Made by a program: the position numbers and the translations under genes. A stretch of DNA of 64,000 nt, taken from a virus. The notes under the pieces were generated by a model. It worked only from the letters and a program-made list of their open reading frames with translations, did no database searches and had not been told where the DNA came from. Location: the IMG/VR virus record IMGVR_UViG_3300042569_003487, positions 77,926 through 141,925 of that record; one strand, given 5' to 3'. The number at the start of each line of letters is the position of its first letter. Position 1 is the first letter of the stretch. Of this stretch, positions 9,118-21,300 are shown one piece after another.

Positions 9118-11181
9118 TTATCTGTTTATACCAATATAAGGAATATTTAATCTTGGACGGCAGTTATCGATTATTCTTAGGATCGATTCATCCTTAATGA
9201 ATAATTGGCTGATTACAAAATCATGGTCTTCCTCTTGAACCATTGTATTAAAAATTCTAATATTTGCAATATCAATCGGTGAAGAAACTAATCTAAAGTT
9301 TTCATTAATTGAAAAATTAAATGAACTTGCTCCAGTTAGGGTCTTTGCTGAATTATGTAATTGCGTAATTTCATTAAAGTTATTTGCATTAGCTGGATCT
9401 TGAGTAAATCCATAAATTGTTAATGCGGCTTGATTAAATTGACTTGAAATTGGAACAAATATTGCATACCATTTATCAATCTCTAACCTAACTTGATTAA
9501 ATTGAGTTAGAGTTGAATTTATTTCAAGTCTAACTGTTACATTTTTATCGGTTGAATTATTAATAGTACTAATACTTCCATCCAGTTTTAATCCCTTTGA
9601 ATTATTATTATCGTAAGTATCAATAAAACTAATTGAATCAGTTAGCGAGTTTATTTTAAATAGCGCAAAGAACGTCATATTAGACTTGTCTTCTCCGAGT
9701 TTTCCAACTTCATTATAGACTACTCCATAATCTCTAGTTAAAATATGCACATGTCCATTTACATCTTCTTCAAATGCTAATTGTCCAGGCGTAAAAAAGT
9801 TTGAATCATTATATCTGTCGATTTTAATATATCGACCTAATAATGGATCGTTTGAATTATACGGTCCTCTAATTTTAATTGGAGCACCATTACTTAAATC
9901 ATAGGTTGTTAATTTATAACCCGCCCATAGAGCAAACAGCTCAGATTCTTCGTATGCGATTAGAGTGTATTTAGTAGCTGGATCTTCATATTTAACCGAG
10001 TATTTAGTAAAATTCGTTGAAACTGGATCCACTGTAATTGGTACGCTAGGTACGCTTTTACTTTCATAATAGTATTGAATTAGCGGCGAATAATTATAGG
10101 TTAGGGCTAACTGTTTAATCTTAAGATCTGGATGAAGAGCCTTACGCGTTTCATCAAATCTAGTAGAAATTGTTTTAAATTGTTGAGGCATAGTTGCATC
10201 TTTAACCTCATCAATCATTTGATCTGCAAATAATTCGTCAGTACTTGTAATAATATTATCCAAGAACGTACGGTCCTCGGCCTTCATCATCATATCAATA
10301 TTAGGTTGGAATTTAACTAATTGAATTTTCCAATAAACTGGTTCCTGCATAATTCCACGATATAAGTAGGTACCTTGAATTTCATACATACGATTAGTTA
10401 ATGGAAAATAGAGGAAATCTTTTTTGCGAGGATGCGCCGCTGCACCAAAGATTGTTTGGAAATATTCGTGATCGAGATGGATTTCGAACGGCATTTCAAA
10501 ATCAACACCAAATTCTGCGTATGTAGGCTTATTATCTGGAAATTTATTTCCGGGTACAAGGACCTTAATGCACTTTCGGCTAATAGTTTTGAATAGAGTC
10601 CACTCTTTGAAAACATAGTCTGCAGAGTCTCTATCTGGTTCTGTTTTAAAATAAACAACTTCATGTCCAAATAATTTATTAGTATTAAAACTTAATTGTT
10701 TAAAAATATTTACTGCCTGGTCTGCCGCATAAGGATTAAACGACATTGTACCAGTTGAAATAAGAGCTGGACAAACCTCATCACTGCAAGTAATACTTGG
10801 TGTAAATAGACTTGGCACAGAATCCGCTGCAACAATTTTAAACTTTATTTCATTTACAACAATTGGATTTGCAAGTTGGTCCCTAGTCGTATTATTATAT
10901 TCATACTTTAATTCAACAAATAAATCCGAATTGTTAAAAGCAAGTGCTGTAATGTCCGCAATATCATACCAAAGTGACCAGTTTCCACGGTCTACTGAAT
11001 ATCTAAACTTTTTGCTTAAATAGTTTTGGTTATTACCGTTTAAGTCAACATCGTCAGTAAAACTTGTAATTGAATATGCTCCAGGCAAAGGATCCTTTGT
11101 TGAAAATAATCTATAGTTACTACTGAATGTCAGACTTGACTTAGAAGTCTCTGGAATAAGCTTTAGGGTAATTGTCTGCAT
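9118..11181 (-). CDS. Neck/head-completion protein (T4 gp14-like domain) with a C-terminal LamG-like domain
   Basis: FGHEVVYF...FGVDFE...F...PRKKDFLYFPLTNRMYEI...WKIQLVKF. Confidence 0.6.
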   Translation of the reverse strand: MQTITLKLIPETSKSSLTFSSNYRLFSTKDPLPGAYSITSFTDDVDLNGNNQNYLSKKFRYSVDRGNWSLWYDIADITALAFNNSDLFVELKYEYNNTTRDQLANPIVVNEIKFKIVAADSVPSLFTPSITCSDEVCPALISTGTMSFNPYAADQAVNIFKQLSFNTNKLFGHEVVYFKTEPDRDSADYVFKEWTLFKTISRKCIKVLVPGNKFPDNKPTYAEFGVDFEMPFEIHLDHEYFQTIFGAAAHPRKKDFLYFPLTNRMYEIQGTYLYRGIMQEPVYWKIQLVKFQPNIDMMMKAEDRTFLDNIITSTDELFADQMIDEVKDATMPQQFKTISTRFDETRKALHPDLKIKQLALTYNYSPLIQYYYESKSVPSVPITVDPVSTNFTKYSVKYEDPATKYTLIAYEESELFALWAGYKLTTYDLSNGAPIKIRGPYNSNDPLLGRYIKIDRYNDSNFFTPGQLAFEEDVNGHVHILTRDYGVVYNEVGKLGEDKSNMTFFALFKINSLTDSISFIDTYDNNNSKGLKLDGSISTINNSTDKNVTVRLEINSTLTQFNQVRLEIDKWYAIFVPISSQFNQAALTIYGFTQDPANANNFNEITQLHNSAKTLTGASSFNFSINENFRLVSSPIDIANIRIFNTMVQEEDHDFVISQLFIKDESILRIIDNCRPRLNIPYIGINR

Positions 11182-11201
11182 TACAGATGGCGCTTTCTTT
11201 T

Positions 11202-11209
11202 TATTTATC
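11202..11209 (-). promoter_or_regulatory. Late promoter GATAAATA (divergent pair)
   Basis: Upstream of the 11181 start. Confidence 0.6.
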
Positions 11210-11234
11210 CAAGTTTGGCCTGGCGGCTAACTTA

Positions 11235-11242
11235 AATAAATA
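11235..11242 (+). promoter_or_regulatory. Late promoter AATAAATA (divergent pair)
   Basis: Upstream of the 11262 start. Confidence 0.55.
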
Positions 11243-11261
11243 TCAATAAAGATCCGGCACC

Positions 11262-12062
11262 ATGAAGTCTAACTTGAATGTGCCAGTCCTGGATCCACTA
11301 TGGCTGGCAAACTCTAAATATGTGGATCTCGAATACTATAATTATGTTTTGCTTGATGCTAAACAAAAGTATCTCGCAGATCTTAAGTCGGGATCTTTTT
11401 CTAGATTCCATGAAATCCTATTTCATTATCTGAATTTAAACACTGTAATTGTCGATAAGGGAGTATACGATTCTTCCTATAACTTTAAAAAGGACGATCG
11501 GCACGTTATGGAAATTATTGCCTCATTAACCAGAAGTAGAGAAGAATTTGGTGGAGAAATCCTAAGAATGGGGTCTACAATTCTCTCAGAAACCCTTACT
11601 GAATATTTAGATATTATGCTAGATAAACTGGCATACACTAGACTCTATTTTAACTCAGCTAAGCTCCATAAGTTAGATTCAATTTATGTTGCTACTACGC
11701 AAAATCGGGCTAAACTAAATCATATTTGGAAGATTGCTAAAGATAAAGACGTACCATTTATGATTAGTCATGAACATCAACTAGAAATTAATGAGTTTTC
11801 TTGTGAAGATGGAGAATTTGATGAACTGCTAAGTCAAGTTAAGCCTGAAATTAAGGACTTTTCTGCTAAGAAGAATGTTATGGTAATATCGTCAGTTAAG
11901 AAAATAAAGGACGATCGGCTGTTTGATCTAGCATTGGCTACGATCGTTGCCAATAAGCTTCTGAATCACTCCAGTGGATTTAATTCCAATATCTTATTGG
12001 ATATTAAGTCTACATTTGAAAGAGGCCAGGTGATCCCCTATAAGCTCAGATCTTTAACTTAG
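11262..12062 (+). CDS. Hypothetical protein (only plus-strand gene in the structural block)
   Basis: 266-aa ORF that exactly fills the gap; N-terminal W...DLEYYNYVLL motif. Confidence 0.75.
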   Translation: MKSNLNVPVLDPLWLANSKYVDLEYYNYVLLDAKQKYLADLKSGSFSRFHEILFHYLNLNTVIVDKGVYDSSYNFKKDDRHVMEIIASLTRSREEFGGEILRMGSTILSETLTEYLDIMLDKLAYTRLYFNSAKLHKLDSIYVATTQNRAKLNHIWKIAKDKDVPFMISHEHQLEINEFSCEDGEFDELLSQVKPEIKDFSAKKNVMVISSVKKIKDDRLFDLALATIVANKLLNHSSGFNSNILLDIKSTFERGQVIPYKLRSLT

Positions 12063-12674
12063 TTATCGATTAGTATTAGCGAAAAAGTATCTATAATCTT
12101 GCTCCAAAACAATTGAGGCTGGAATAGATGCTTTTAAAGTTCGGTTTGGATATCTTATGATTCGGTCAATAATCTTAGAGTCAGTAGGATAGTCACGAGT
12201 TAATTCTACTAAGTATTCTCCTATTAGAGTTACGTCAGGTGAATTACGGCGGTCGACTAAAAACGAACCCTCAGAGGAGTCCTTTTTTAAAAATCCTATC
12301 TTTTTATGAGTAATCTGTGTTGGCTTAAAATCTAGCGAAGTTATTTCAGAAAATGAAATATCGTGAATTAACTGGCTTGACCATTGTACGTCAATTAAAA
12401 TTGCACTAGTATTTAGGGCTAAGTCGTACATTAAATATAGATCTCTTTCGAGCTGAGCATTATCAACAGTATCTGACAATAAAACCAGATCGACATCCCA
12501 AGTTGAATTAAAGTCATATAAAATTCCACCGGTTATATGCACAGAATATCGTTTAAGAATATCTGTATTGAATTGTAATTCCAATAAAAAGTTTTTAACA
12601 CTTTCGTATGAGGGTCTATTCCACGGAATCGTCGTCGATACCTTACCAATTTGATAATAAAATGGGAGCCCCAT
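12063..12674 (-). CDS. Pol-beta-superfamily nucleotidyltransferase-like protein (start corrected to ATG at 12674)
   Basis: hGG-x8-DVD motif (ITGGILYDFNSTWDVDL) plus a third acidic residue (LIDVQW); the ATG follows the upstream stop directly. Confidence 0.55.
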   Translation of the reverse strand: MGLPFYYQIGKVSTTIPWNRPSYESVKNFLLELQFNTDILKRYSVHITGGILYDFNSTWDVDLVLLSDTVDNAQLERDLYLMYDLALNTSAILIDVQWSSQLIHDISFSEITSLDFKPTQITHKKIGFLKKDSSEGSFLVDRRNSPDVTLIGEYLVELTRDYPTDSKIIDRIIRYPNRTLKASIPASIVLEQDYRYFFANTNR

Positions 12675-12675
12675 A

Positions 12676-13713
12676 TTACTGGAAGCTTTGATAGAAACCT
12701 CCACCGCTTGACATTCCACCACCGCCAGAATAACCACCTGAATAGTAAGTTTCACCACCAGAATAAGTAAAGGTTGAACTTGTAATTGGTGCAGTATAAC
12801 TAAATACTAGATCAATTTCGGTAATCGTTTGATTTGATAATGCAGGGGTTGGGTTTGTACCTGATCCAATTAGTTCTTGATTAAATGGTATGCTTGTACT
12901 TTGTGAGCCGGTCGTCGGAGACTTTAACTGCCAATAAGAGAAAGAATAACCAGAAGGAAGCGACGAAGAAACTGATACGTTAACATTTTGATTACTACTA
13001 AATGATCTAATAATTTGATTAGAGTTTCCAGATTGAGGAATACCTGCAAAACCATTTGATGTAATTGTAATGTATGAAGATAGAGTACTTGATGAAATTG
13101 ATGCTCCAGTTGTTCTAATTAAATTTACTTTAAAAATACCTCCATAAAAAGTTGCAGCAGTCGCAGATGCACCAACGGCAGGGGCATAATTTGCAGAAAT
13201 AATTCTCCAAGTATAAGTTTGAGGAGTAGCTAATCCTCTAGATGTACGTTGACACTGAACGGTTACCGAGTTAATTGGAAGGTTTGCAACAGTTGTAATA
13301 GCAGCACTAGTTAAAGGAAGAGCCGATAAATTTATTACAGTTGTATCAGTATTACCTGATGTAAACTTAACTTCGATTGGCGAACTTTTTTGATTAACTA
13401 AAACATAGGTCCTGTGCAAAACTTCTGCAGTAGGCGACGGTAGAACCATGCTAGTAATTGCGCTAGTCGATCCAGCGTATACAGCATAGTGTCCATTATT
13501 TAGTTCTAATGCTCCACTCTTGTCACTTCCAAAATAGGCGACCGACGGCAAACTTAATGATCCATTAAGCATAAAGTGTGAAGTTGGATTAGAAAGAACT
13601 GCATCCATGGTTGCATCTTCATAATAATTAAACTTACCAGCTGCCATTCTACCATCACGAGTAACGGTAAATTTAATAGCTTTTAGTACGTTAGATAGAC
13701 TTAATGTTTTCAT
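12676..13713 (-). CDS. Putative virion structural protein
   Basis: Ser/Thr-rich beta-type sequence with a Gly-rich tail, in a late operon. Confidence 0.5.
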   Translation of the reverse strand: MKTLSLSNVLKAIKFTVTRDGRMAAGKFNYYEDATMDAVLSNPTSHFMLNGSLSLPSVAYFGSDKSGALELNNGHYAVYAGSTSAITSMVLPSPTAEVLHRTYVLVNQKSSPIEVKFTSGNTDTTVINLSALPLTSAAITTVANLPINSVTVQCQRTSRGLATPQTYTWRIISANYAPAVGASATAATFYGGIFKVNLIRTTGASISSSTLSSYITITSNGFAGIPQSGNSNQIIRSFSSNQNVNVSVSSSLPSGYSFSYWQLKSPTTGSQSTSIPFNQELIGSGTNPTPALSNQTITEIDLVFSYTAPITSSTFTYSGGETYYSGGYSGGGGMSSGGGFYQSFQ

Positions 13714-13727
13714 TTGTTATGTGTATT

Positions 13728-15365
13728 TTATACTGACTCATTTAAATTTGTTGATGCTAAAGTTCCTACAAAGTCAACTAAAGCAGGATCGCTTGAATAT
13801 GATAAGAAATGTAAACTACCATCTCTTGTTGTAATAAATGCAGATCCAGTTCCAATTGTTCCAGTTGGATTATCATCGCGGTATGTAAAGTTCATATTAC
13901 CATTATCATCAAAATAAGAATTAAATCCAACATAGCTTGCAAGTTGTGAGGCAATTGCAACATTAGCTGGAATAAGTTCGCCTTGACCGGTCAATAGAGT
14001 TTTGCGTGGCTTAAATAATTCAGTAAGACCAGAACCAGATGTAGGCAAACTGTTTTTTGTCATTGAACCAATATTAACTTGGTCAGCTAAATACCTAGTA
14101 TCAGAAACACTATCAGTTGTACTCTTGGTTCCATATACAGTAACTGATGAATTTGGTGATCCACCAAAACCTACTGCAGTTGTTTTATCATTTAGGCCAA
14201 ATCTTTTCGCAACAACCTTTTTAGTATCATTAAGTGTTGATCCAAATACTCCAATTGAAATATCACCAGATGCGCAAATATCAAATGCAGCCTTTGTAAT
14301 AAGGTATGATATGTTTGAAGAATTTATACCTAGAGCTAATCTAGTCTTTGATGAAGCAGTTGCTCTTTCAATTAATAATCCATTTAGATCAAATGTTGCA
14401 TCATTATCAGCAAAGCTCTTAATTGCAGAAGAACCTCCAGTATAAAGAGTAACTCCATTATGTGCAGAACCATCCATTTGAGATGCCCTAAACTTAAACG
14501 CTGAGGTTGCACCATTTACTGAATTTGTATATGAAGAATCTCCACCTGCATTAAATTCAGATAGGAAGTATGCAACCGAAGGACTTGCTGTTGTGTTATT
14601 AATTAGAGCGTGCTTAATTCTAAGGTTATTTTCGGCAGCACTCATTTGATGTTGACCGTTTGGCAATTTATACAAAGATCCAAGTTGAATGTGGTATCTA
14701 CTTGCAGATTCATCGGAAGTTGTTACAAAGTTAGAATAAATTGTAGTAATTGCTTTGCTAACATCTCCAATAAGAGCGTCGACACTGCTATTTGCAACAA
14801 AATTATTTTTGTAAACGTCTAAATCGAAGTTATTTAAAAATAAAGTTGAATTAGTATAAGTAGAAGAAGAACTTCCATAATTAATTCCGTCTGGGTTAAC
14901 GTCGGCTAAGTCTGCACCAGCATTTTTAAGAAATCTAACAATTCCATAGTTCTTTTTCTTGGTGCTTGCAGTAAAGTTTGAGTCATTGTCACTAATTGTA
15001 AATAATTGCTTATTTAAGAAAAATTCAGTAGAGACTGCTAATAGGTCATTTATATTAAATATTTGTGACCAGGCATTAGTAGTTTTTGTGTAGAATTTAC
15101 CGCCAGTTGTAATAAAAATATCGTCGACTACCGCTGTAGTATTTGTGGTTTGATCGGCTCCACTAAATATTCTAGAACCCTTTACTCCCCTAGGTCCGAT
15201 TGGGCCAGCTGGGCCAACTCCACCGGTTGCTCCGGCAGGACCGCTTGGACCGACTGCGCCTATTCCAAGCTCAATTAACTTCGTAAAGTTAAAATTTAGT
15301 TTGTCTGCCAATACGGCTTGGTTATCTGTTGTAAAAACCTCTTTAAGATTTAATTGTACTGGCAT
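13728..15365 (-). CDS. Collagen-repeat tail-fibre-like protein
   Basis: GAVGPSGPAGATGGVGPAGPIGPRGVKG run of Gly-X-Y; N-terminal D...KLNFNF motif. Confidence 0.7.
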   Translation of the reverse strand: MPVQLNLKEVFTTDNQAVLADKLNFNFTKLIELGIGAVGPSGPAGATGGVGPAGPIGPRGVKGSRIFSGADQTTNTTAVVDDIFITTGGKFYTKTTNAWSQIFNINDLLAVSTEFFLNKQLFTISDNDSNFTASTKKKNYGIVRFLKNAGADLADVNPDGINYGSSSSTYTNSTLFLNNFDLDVYKNNFVANSSVDALIGDVSKAITTIYSNFVTTSDESASRYHIQLGSLYKLPNGQHQMSAAENNLRIKHALINNTTASPSVAYFLSEFNAGGDSSYTNSVNGATSAFKFRASQMDGSAHNGVTLYTGGSSAIKSFADNDATFDLNGLLIERATASSKTRLALGINSSNISYLITKAAFDICASGDISIGVFGSTLNDTKKVVAKRFGLNDKTTAVGFGGSPNSSVTVYGTKSTTDSVSDTRYLADQVNIGSMTKNSLPTSGSGLTELFKPRKTLLTGQGELIPANVAIASQLASYVGFNSYFDDNGNMNFTYRDDNPTGTIGTGSAFITTRDGSLHFLSYSSDPALVDFVGTLASTNLNESV

Positions 15366-15367
15366 TT

Positions 15368-18300
15368 TTAAATAAATTTCATTTTTGGTTCAATAATTAA
15401 ACTCAACTTACCGGTCGTTTTTAGAGGAACTCTTAACTGAACGGCTAGTCCGTTTTTAATATTTATTTGAACTCCTTCCAGCTTCTTATATCCTAACGCG
15501 TAGCGTTCGGCAGCAGTCTTAGTAACTATTTCTAGACCAGTAGGCTTGCCTTTATCTTCTACATACCAAATAGCTAATTGGTCTATTGCATAGGTTGGAA
15601 GAATATTTTCGATTGCATATTGTTTAACATATGAGGTAAAATCATAGGCACCTAATAATTCTGGGTTTCTAACAGTTGGGTCAATGTTAAAACTAGATAA
15701 AATTTTAGCTTCTAACCCAAGATCCATTACCTTTTTAGTAAAGACATTTGTTAAATTTATATCAAGTTGAGCATCCGTTGTATTTACTTTATACAAAACG
15801 TCAAAGTCTCTATTAATGTAATCAGTTGAAATTGAAGGAAACTCGGTAACTTCCTTTGAAGTAACTGTGTCTATCTCAATTGAAGTTGGTAATGAAGCAA
15901 GTTTTGCCATGAAATATGAGTCTTCTGCAATTCGTCTGGTACCAAATGCTGGAACAGATTCAGTTTTATTAATATATTCTAAATGGAATCCATAATCCCA
16001 GTTTGATGCCAATAAGTATAGATCTCCGCTTGAAATTGGGGTTTCCCCAATTAACTCAAACATTGGTTTATATTTGTCATTACCTTCAAGTTCCAAAATC
16101 TTCTTTTCTGAAACTTTAATATGTTCAAATCCTTTAACTTCAAAAAATCGGTTTGCAATTGGATTAAATTTACAATTAGCGTCCTTAACCTCTTCTGAAT
16201 TCAAGGTCGTATCTGGCATAAACGCGGTAATTTCTCTAAATATTGGAGAGTATGTCGATCCATGTCTTCTTAAATATATTGGATTTTGTAAATAGGACTC
16301 AGTTGCAGTATACCCAACTAAATTAGAAGCCTGTCTTTTACTTGTAGTATCAGCTTGTGTCAATTGAATATTAACTGGAGAAACGGTTGGAATCTTTAAT
16401 TTTTCAACAATAGTTGCTTCTTCTAACTCAATATAAAATTCATTTGTACTTACAGTTCCATTAGAATATGTAGTATATGTAATGTTGGAACGGCTTCTTT
16501 CAATTGATCGCTTAAAGTCATTAAAACTTAGTCTTTTAAATAAGCCCTTATAATAAGAGTCGCCGCCTAATAAGAACGCAAAATTAATTGATTCCCAATG
16601 GCTTGTATCTAAAGAAGGAATAGTAGACTCTCTCTTAATAATTTTATCAATGTTAAATGTAGTAGTTCCAGCTGAAGTTTTTGAAACAGGTAAGCCAGTA
16701 AATAGCATTTCCCCTATTCCAGCATTAGATGACATAACTATTCCATTTGGTAAGATTTCAGAAATGCCCGAGTAGTTATCTAGCCTATAGATAACTTGAT
16801 CAATTATTCTAAGTAATCTTTTATTAGTATCTCCGGCATAAGGCAAAATATTAAATGTTGAATTTGTTTCGGATGCCAATAGCTGAGCGTTTGGATAAGT
16901 ATATCCAGTTGCACCAGTTGAAGTATTCTTCAATTCTAAGATATCGATAACGTTTATTAGAGAAGAACTTGCAGAGGCTACTCTATTTTGAGTTGCAATC
17001 GCATGTTTAATTTCAGCTTGATAAAAATCTGCTGATGCAGCCGCTGCCTTTTGGAAAAATTTAATACCTACTGGAGAAGATGTTACTGTTGCATTAGCGG
17101 AAAGAGTTATCTTTGGCCTGGTTTGGCCGTTTGTATCAAGAACAGTATTATCAACTGCAACGATGTACGCCCCAGCTGGAATACCTGTACCTGTTACATA
17201 AACCTTATTGGATGCGTTGTAGTTTTGACCAGATGGATCTCCATATGAGGTCACATCTAAATTTATTCCGTCTAATAAGTAAATATCTGGGCTACCCGAA
17301 GTTAATTCAGCAACTTGATTTTGCTTAGCAATATTGGATAAAATTGGTTTACTTATTGTTAAGGTAGTTCCACTAATTGCAGTAACGGTTGTACCAAATT
17401 GAGTCCATCCGGTAATTCCAACCTCTGCTCCAATTAAAATTGGAGTTGCTGGAGTTGCGCTTAGTATAATGGTAGAAGAACCTGCTTCAACACTTGCTGT
17501 AAGAGGAGTTGGTGTAACGGCGCTTCCGGTTATAGCGATTTGATTAACAAACGAATACTTAATACTATTAGAAGTAACTAAACGATCTTTAATAAATGGA
17601 TATAAACTTAAACCTGATGCCAAGTAGGAATTATTCTCAGTGGTGGTAATACCTTGGCTAGTTCCACCTGGGAGAGTAACTATATTAATTGCTTGACCCT
17701 GTCCGTTTGATCCTAATCCATTTGCGTCAATAGGGAATTCAATTGTATAATAATCAAATGCGGCTGTACCAAACACTTTAGTTGAAGTGTTATCTTTAAA
17801 TGATAACATACTGTTTTCATTAACTCGACTAATTTCATCTACGATTTGAATATCTGTGCCCTTATCGATTGAAAATATAAATGGAAGACCTCTATCTCCA
17901 TAATTAGTAGGTAATGATAGGTCAAAACTATTTACTAGATTTATACTACTAAAGCTGGCCGGTAAAGTATTATACTTTTTGTTTTTAGCATAATACATAA
18001 ATGCAAGGGTAATATCAGAAATTGGTTTATTTCCAGCTGGAGTAGGTGCTGAATTTATATTAATTTTGTAATCAGCAAAAGAGTTGTTTATATTATTAAA
18101 TACATGGTCTTCGGTTGGAGCAAGTCCGCCCGTTTTAGTTACAATTAGGCTTTTAGGAGAATCGACTAAGCTAGAAACTTTTTTGTTTAATCTTAATTCA
18201 ATTACCAATGTAATAAATTTAAAATCTCTAGATTCAATAAATTTAAATTGAATTGGGTTTTCTCCAGAATATGGAGTATCTTCAATTACCTTTAATATTG

Positions 18301-21300
18301 AAGTAAATCTATAGTCATTAAATCTATTTGATTCCCGAACATATTTAAGTGCACCAGACAGTTCCTTTTCTGTAGTATTTGGAACAACTTCTTTAAAAAC
18401 AAATTTAATTCCTTTAAAAATAGTTTTAGCAAGTCCAGTCAATTTATCCTTTTTAACTTGAGAAAAACGATATTGTGTTCTGGCACAAGGAGTTAATACT
18501 GAATTATTTAAATAACTTGGAGTAAAAATAAAATAATCTTCAAAATATCCTTCTTGTGTTACTGCTAATGTTGGATCAAATGGCGTATCAAAATATAATT
18601 TATTTTGAGAGGCGGCTGTTATGTCATGAACATAGTCATATAGTGATTCAATATAAAACCACTCATGTGTCATTAAACTTGAATCTGGTTCAGCCTTATT
18701 TGGTTCAGGCGAAAAATTATTTACACCAAATACTGTGTCAGCATTAAGTCGATATGGATTTGATCTAGAATCAAGTGAACCGTCTGCACCCCATTTACAA
18801 ATGTATTTAACTAGACGGTTTTTTCCAGCGTTTTCCAATAAGAATCTTTCATAGTTGGAATCGTATTCAGATGAGATTTTTCCACTAGTAAATCTATCTC
18901 GATAAATATATGCGTTTGTCTTAGTTGGACTCAATTCAGCATAATCAGATGTGATTGTAAAAAATCCTTTAAAATCTAGAATATCTGGATTTTCCTCAGC
19001 CAACTCTACGTCATAGGTTGGAGTTAATGTAGATAAAGCTGGAATAACAAATGGATCGCCAGTTATTTTCGAAAAACTAACAATGGTTGAAGTAGAGGTT
19101 TTTTCAATTAGATCACCGTCTTCATATACAGTTGATCCAATTTTAATAGTTCCATTTAGAACTCTATACGCAGACTTTCCTAGATTAATCATATTTACAC
19201 CCTCTGGTATAAATGCAGATTTCCAAACATCGCTTAATTGAACTGATGCATATTGACTATCAATGTGATCAAAGTCAAAGTCTTTAATTGGTATAATTGA
19301 TAGAGCACTTACGTTAGGTTTAAACTTCTTTTTAAATTGGACTAATCCAAACTTTAATAAGGCTTCTGTGCCGGCTTCCGTTAAAATGTTTATATTATTG
19401 TCGTAATAATTAACTGCAAATATTTTATCAACCTCAGTGGTAAATGTATTTTCACTAACATAGTCGATGCTTTTTACAATATTTTCTATTTCAACCCAAC
19501 CTGATGGAGATTGAACTAAGATATCGGCTTTGTTTGCATGTAATTTTTCAAAATATTGTCCATCTACTGAAATATGAGAAGATAAAGCTGAACCTGGCTC
19601 AAAATTTACAACCGGACAACCAATAACAATAGTTTGATCTAAATTACCGATGCCAAACGTTAATGTTTTAACTCCAGCGTCAGCGATTAAAGAACCTAAC
19701 ACATAATTAGTTTGGTTAACACTTGGCTGAGCTTCACCATAAACAATATAATCGCTTGCAGTTAGGTCGATTGTTGTACTATTATTTGTTCCTAATAACT
19801 CGGCAGCAGTTTTTCTAAATTCTGGAGAATCTGATATTAAAATCTTTGGCTCATCCGTTGATGGAATATATTGAGCAGCATATTCTAGAGAAACATTACC
19901 TTCAGTATTTACAACAATAAAAACTCTATTGTCTTGTGAGTATGCCTTAAATCCACTGTTTTGGATAGCATTAATTGCTAAAGTTAAAGATTCTGCAATT
20001 TGATGTAAATTAGTTTCTAAATCCTCTTGTGAAACTACGTCAACACTATAGAAAAATTGATCTGGACCAAACTCGTTATAGACTGCAAGTGCATCTAAAA
20101 CTGGAGAACCTCCATAAGAGAATCCTGAAACCGCACTAAGCGTTTCATATCTTTTAGAATTTTGGTTTGTTGATTTTCCATTAGGATAATATATTCTAAT
20201 TTGATCTAGATGGTTTGGTATATCGTTAATAGTAATTTCAATAAATGAACGAATTCCGCCCTTAGTGTAGTCGGCCGAATCTTCCATAAAAGTCTCAGTC
20301 GGTCCATGTAATAGAGATAAGTCAATAGATTTACTTGAAATCTTTAATTTAGAATTTGCAATATCTACTTGTGAAATTTTATGTAAATTTCCAGACTTAT
20401 CTTCAATTGAAAGAATACCGGCTCCGCCTAATTCAGTTAATGCAGCAGAAACTGATTGTGGAATAGAATGAAATTTTAGGTCTAACCCAGCAGAGTTAGT
20501 TTGAATAAATTGAAGTTGAGCATATTCATAAGCATTTGGATTAGTTATACCTGGAGTATTTAATCCCAATGCCGCATGATCACTTAAATCAAAGTCTAAT
20601 TCAGCTAAATCGACAGTATTACAATACATTCCAAAATATCTGTTAAATTCAAAGTCATCTGAAGAATCTTCAAATAAAAACTCTAAATTTAAAATATATG
20701 GATAAATTATTGAATTCCTTTCATATCCAAGAGTTACGTATTCTTCAAAATCAGTAAGGGTTTTTCCTCCAATAATTAATTCTTGTAAATTCTCAAACTT
20801 TTCAGTATAACATCCAACTTTATATGCTATACCTGAATAAGAAGACAATAATCCTCGGTTAAATGGAAAATTTAAAGTATTTTCTGGAAAAAGCTGATTA
20901 CTCTGCATTTTTTTAATATACTTTCCTATGTTAGAATCTACTCCAAGATCAAAGGTTTTAATAATCTGCGCTGTATTTAATAAACTTGCAAGGTGCGTAG
21001 TTTTATTATATGGATAGCTATCTTTTGTTTCGGAGATTGGCAAATTACTTGCACCAGGTATTTTAAATATTACAAATTTTTCTGGAATTTCTTTATTTAG
21101 ATAAATTGGTGCAAAGTATTTAAATTTCTCAGAATAATTTTTAGAAATGCAATATCTTGCACCAGAAAAATATTCAGAAAAATCGTATTGGTCTGCAAAA
21201 TTAGCAGATGTTGCATTTAATGAAACATTGGTTTTTACATCAAACACAATAGACTCTGGTGTATTACCATTACTAAAAAATCTATATAAGTTCGAATCAT

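Noticed and set aside
9108-9120. TAATAAATA upstream of the amidoligase-like gene as a late promoter
   Set aside because: It is only 4 nt from the ATG and is built from tandem stop codons of the upstream gene, so it may be coincidental.
12675-12758. ORF-track N-terminal extension of the nucleotidyltransferase
   Set aside because: It overlaps the upstream gene's Gly-rich end; the ATG at 12674 directly after that stop is more plausible.
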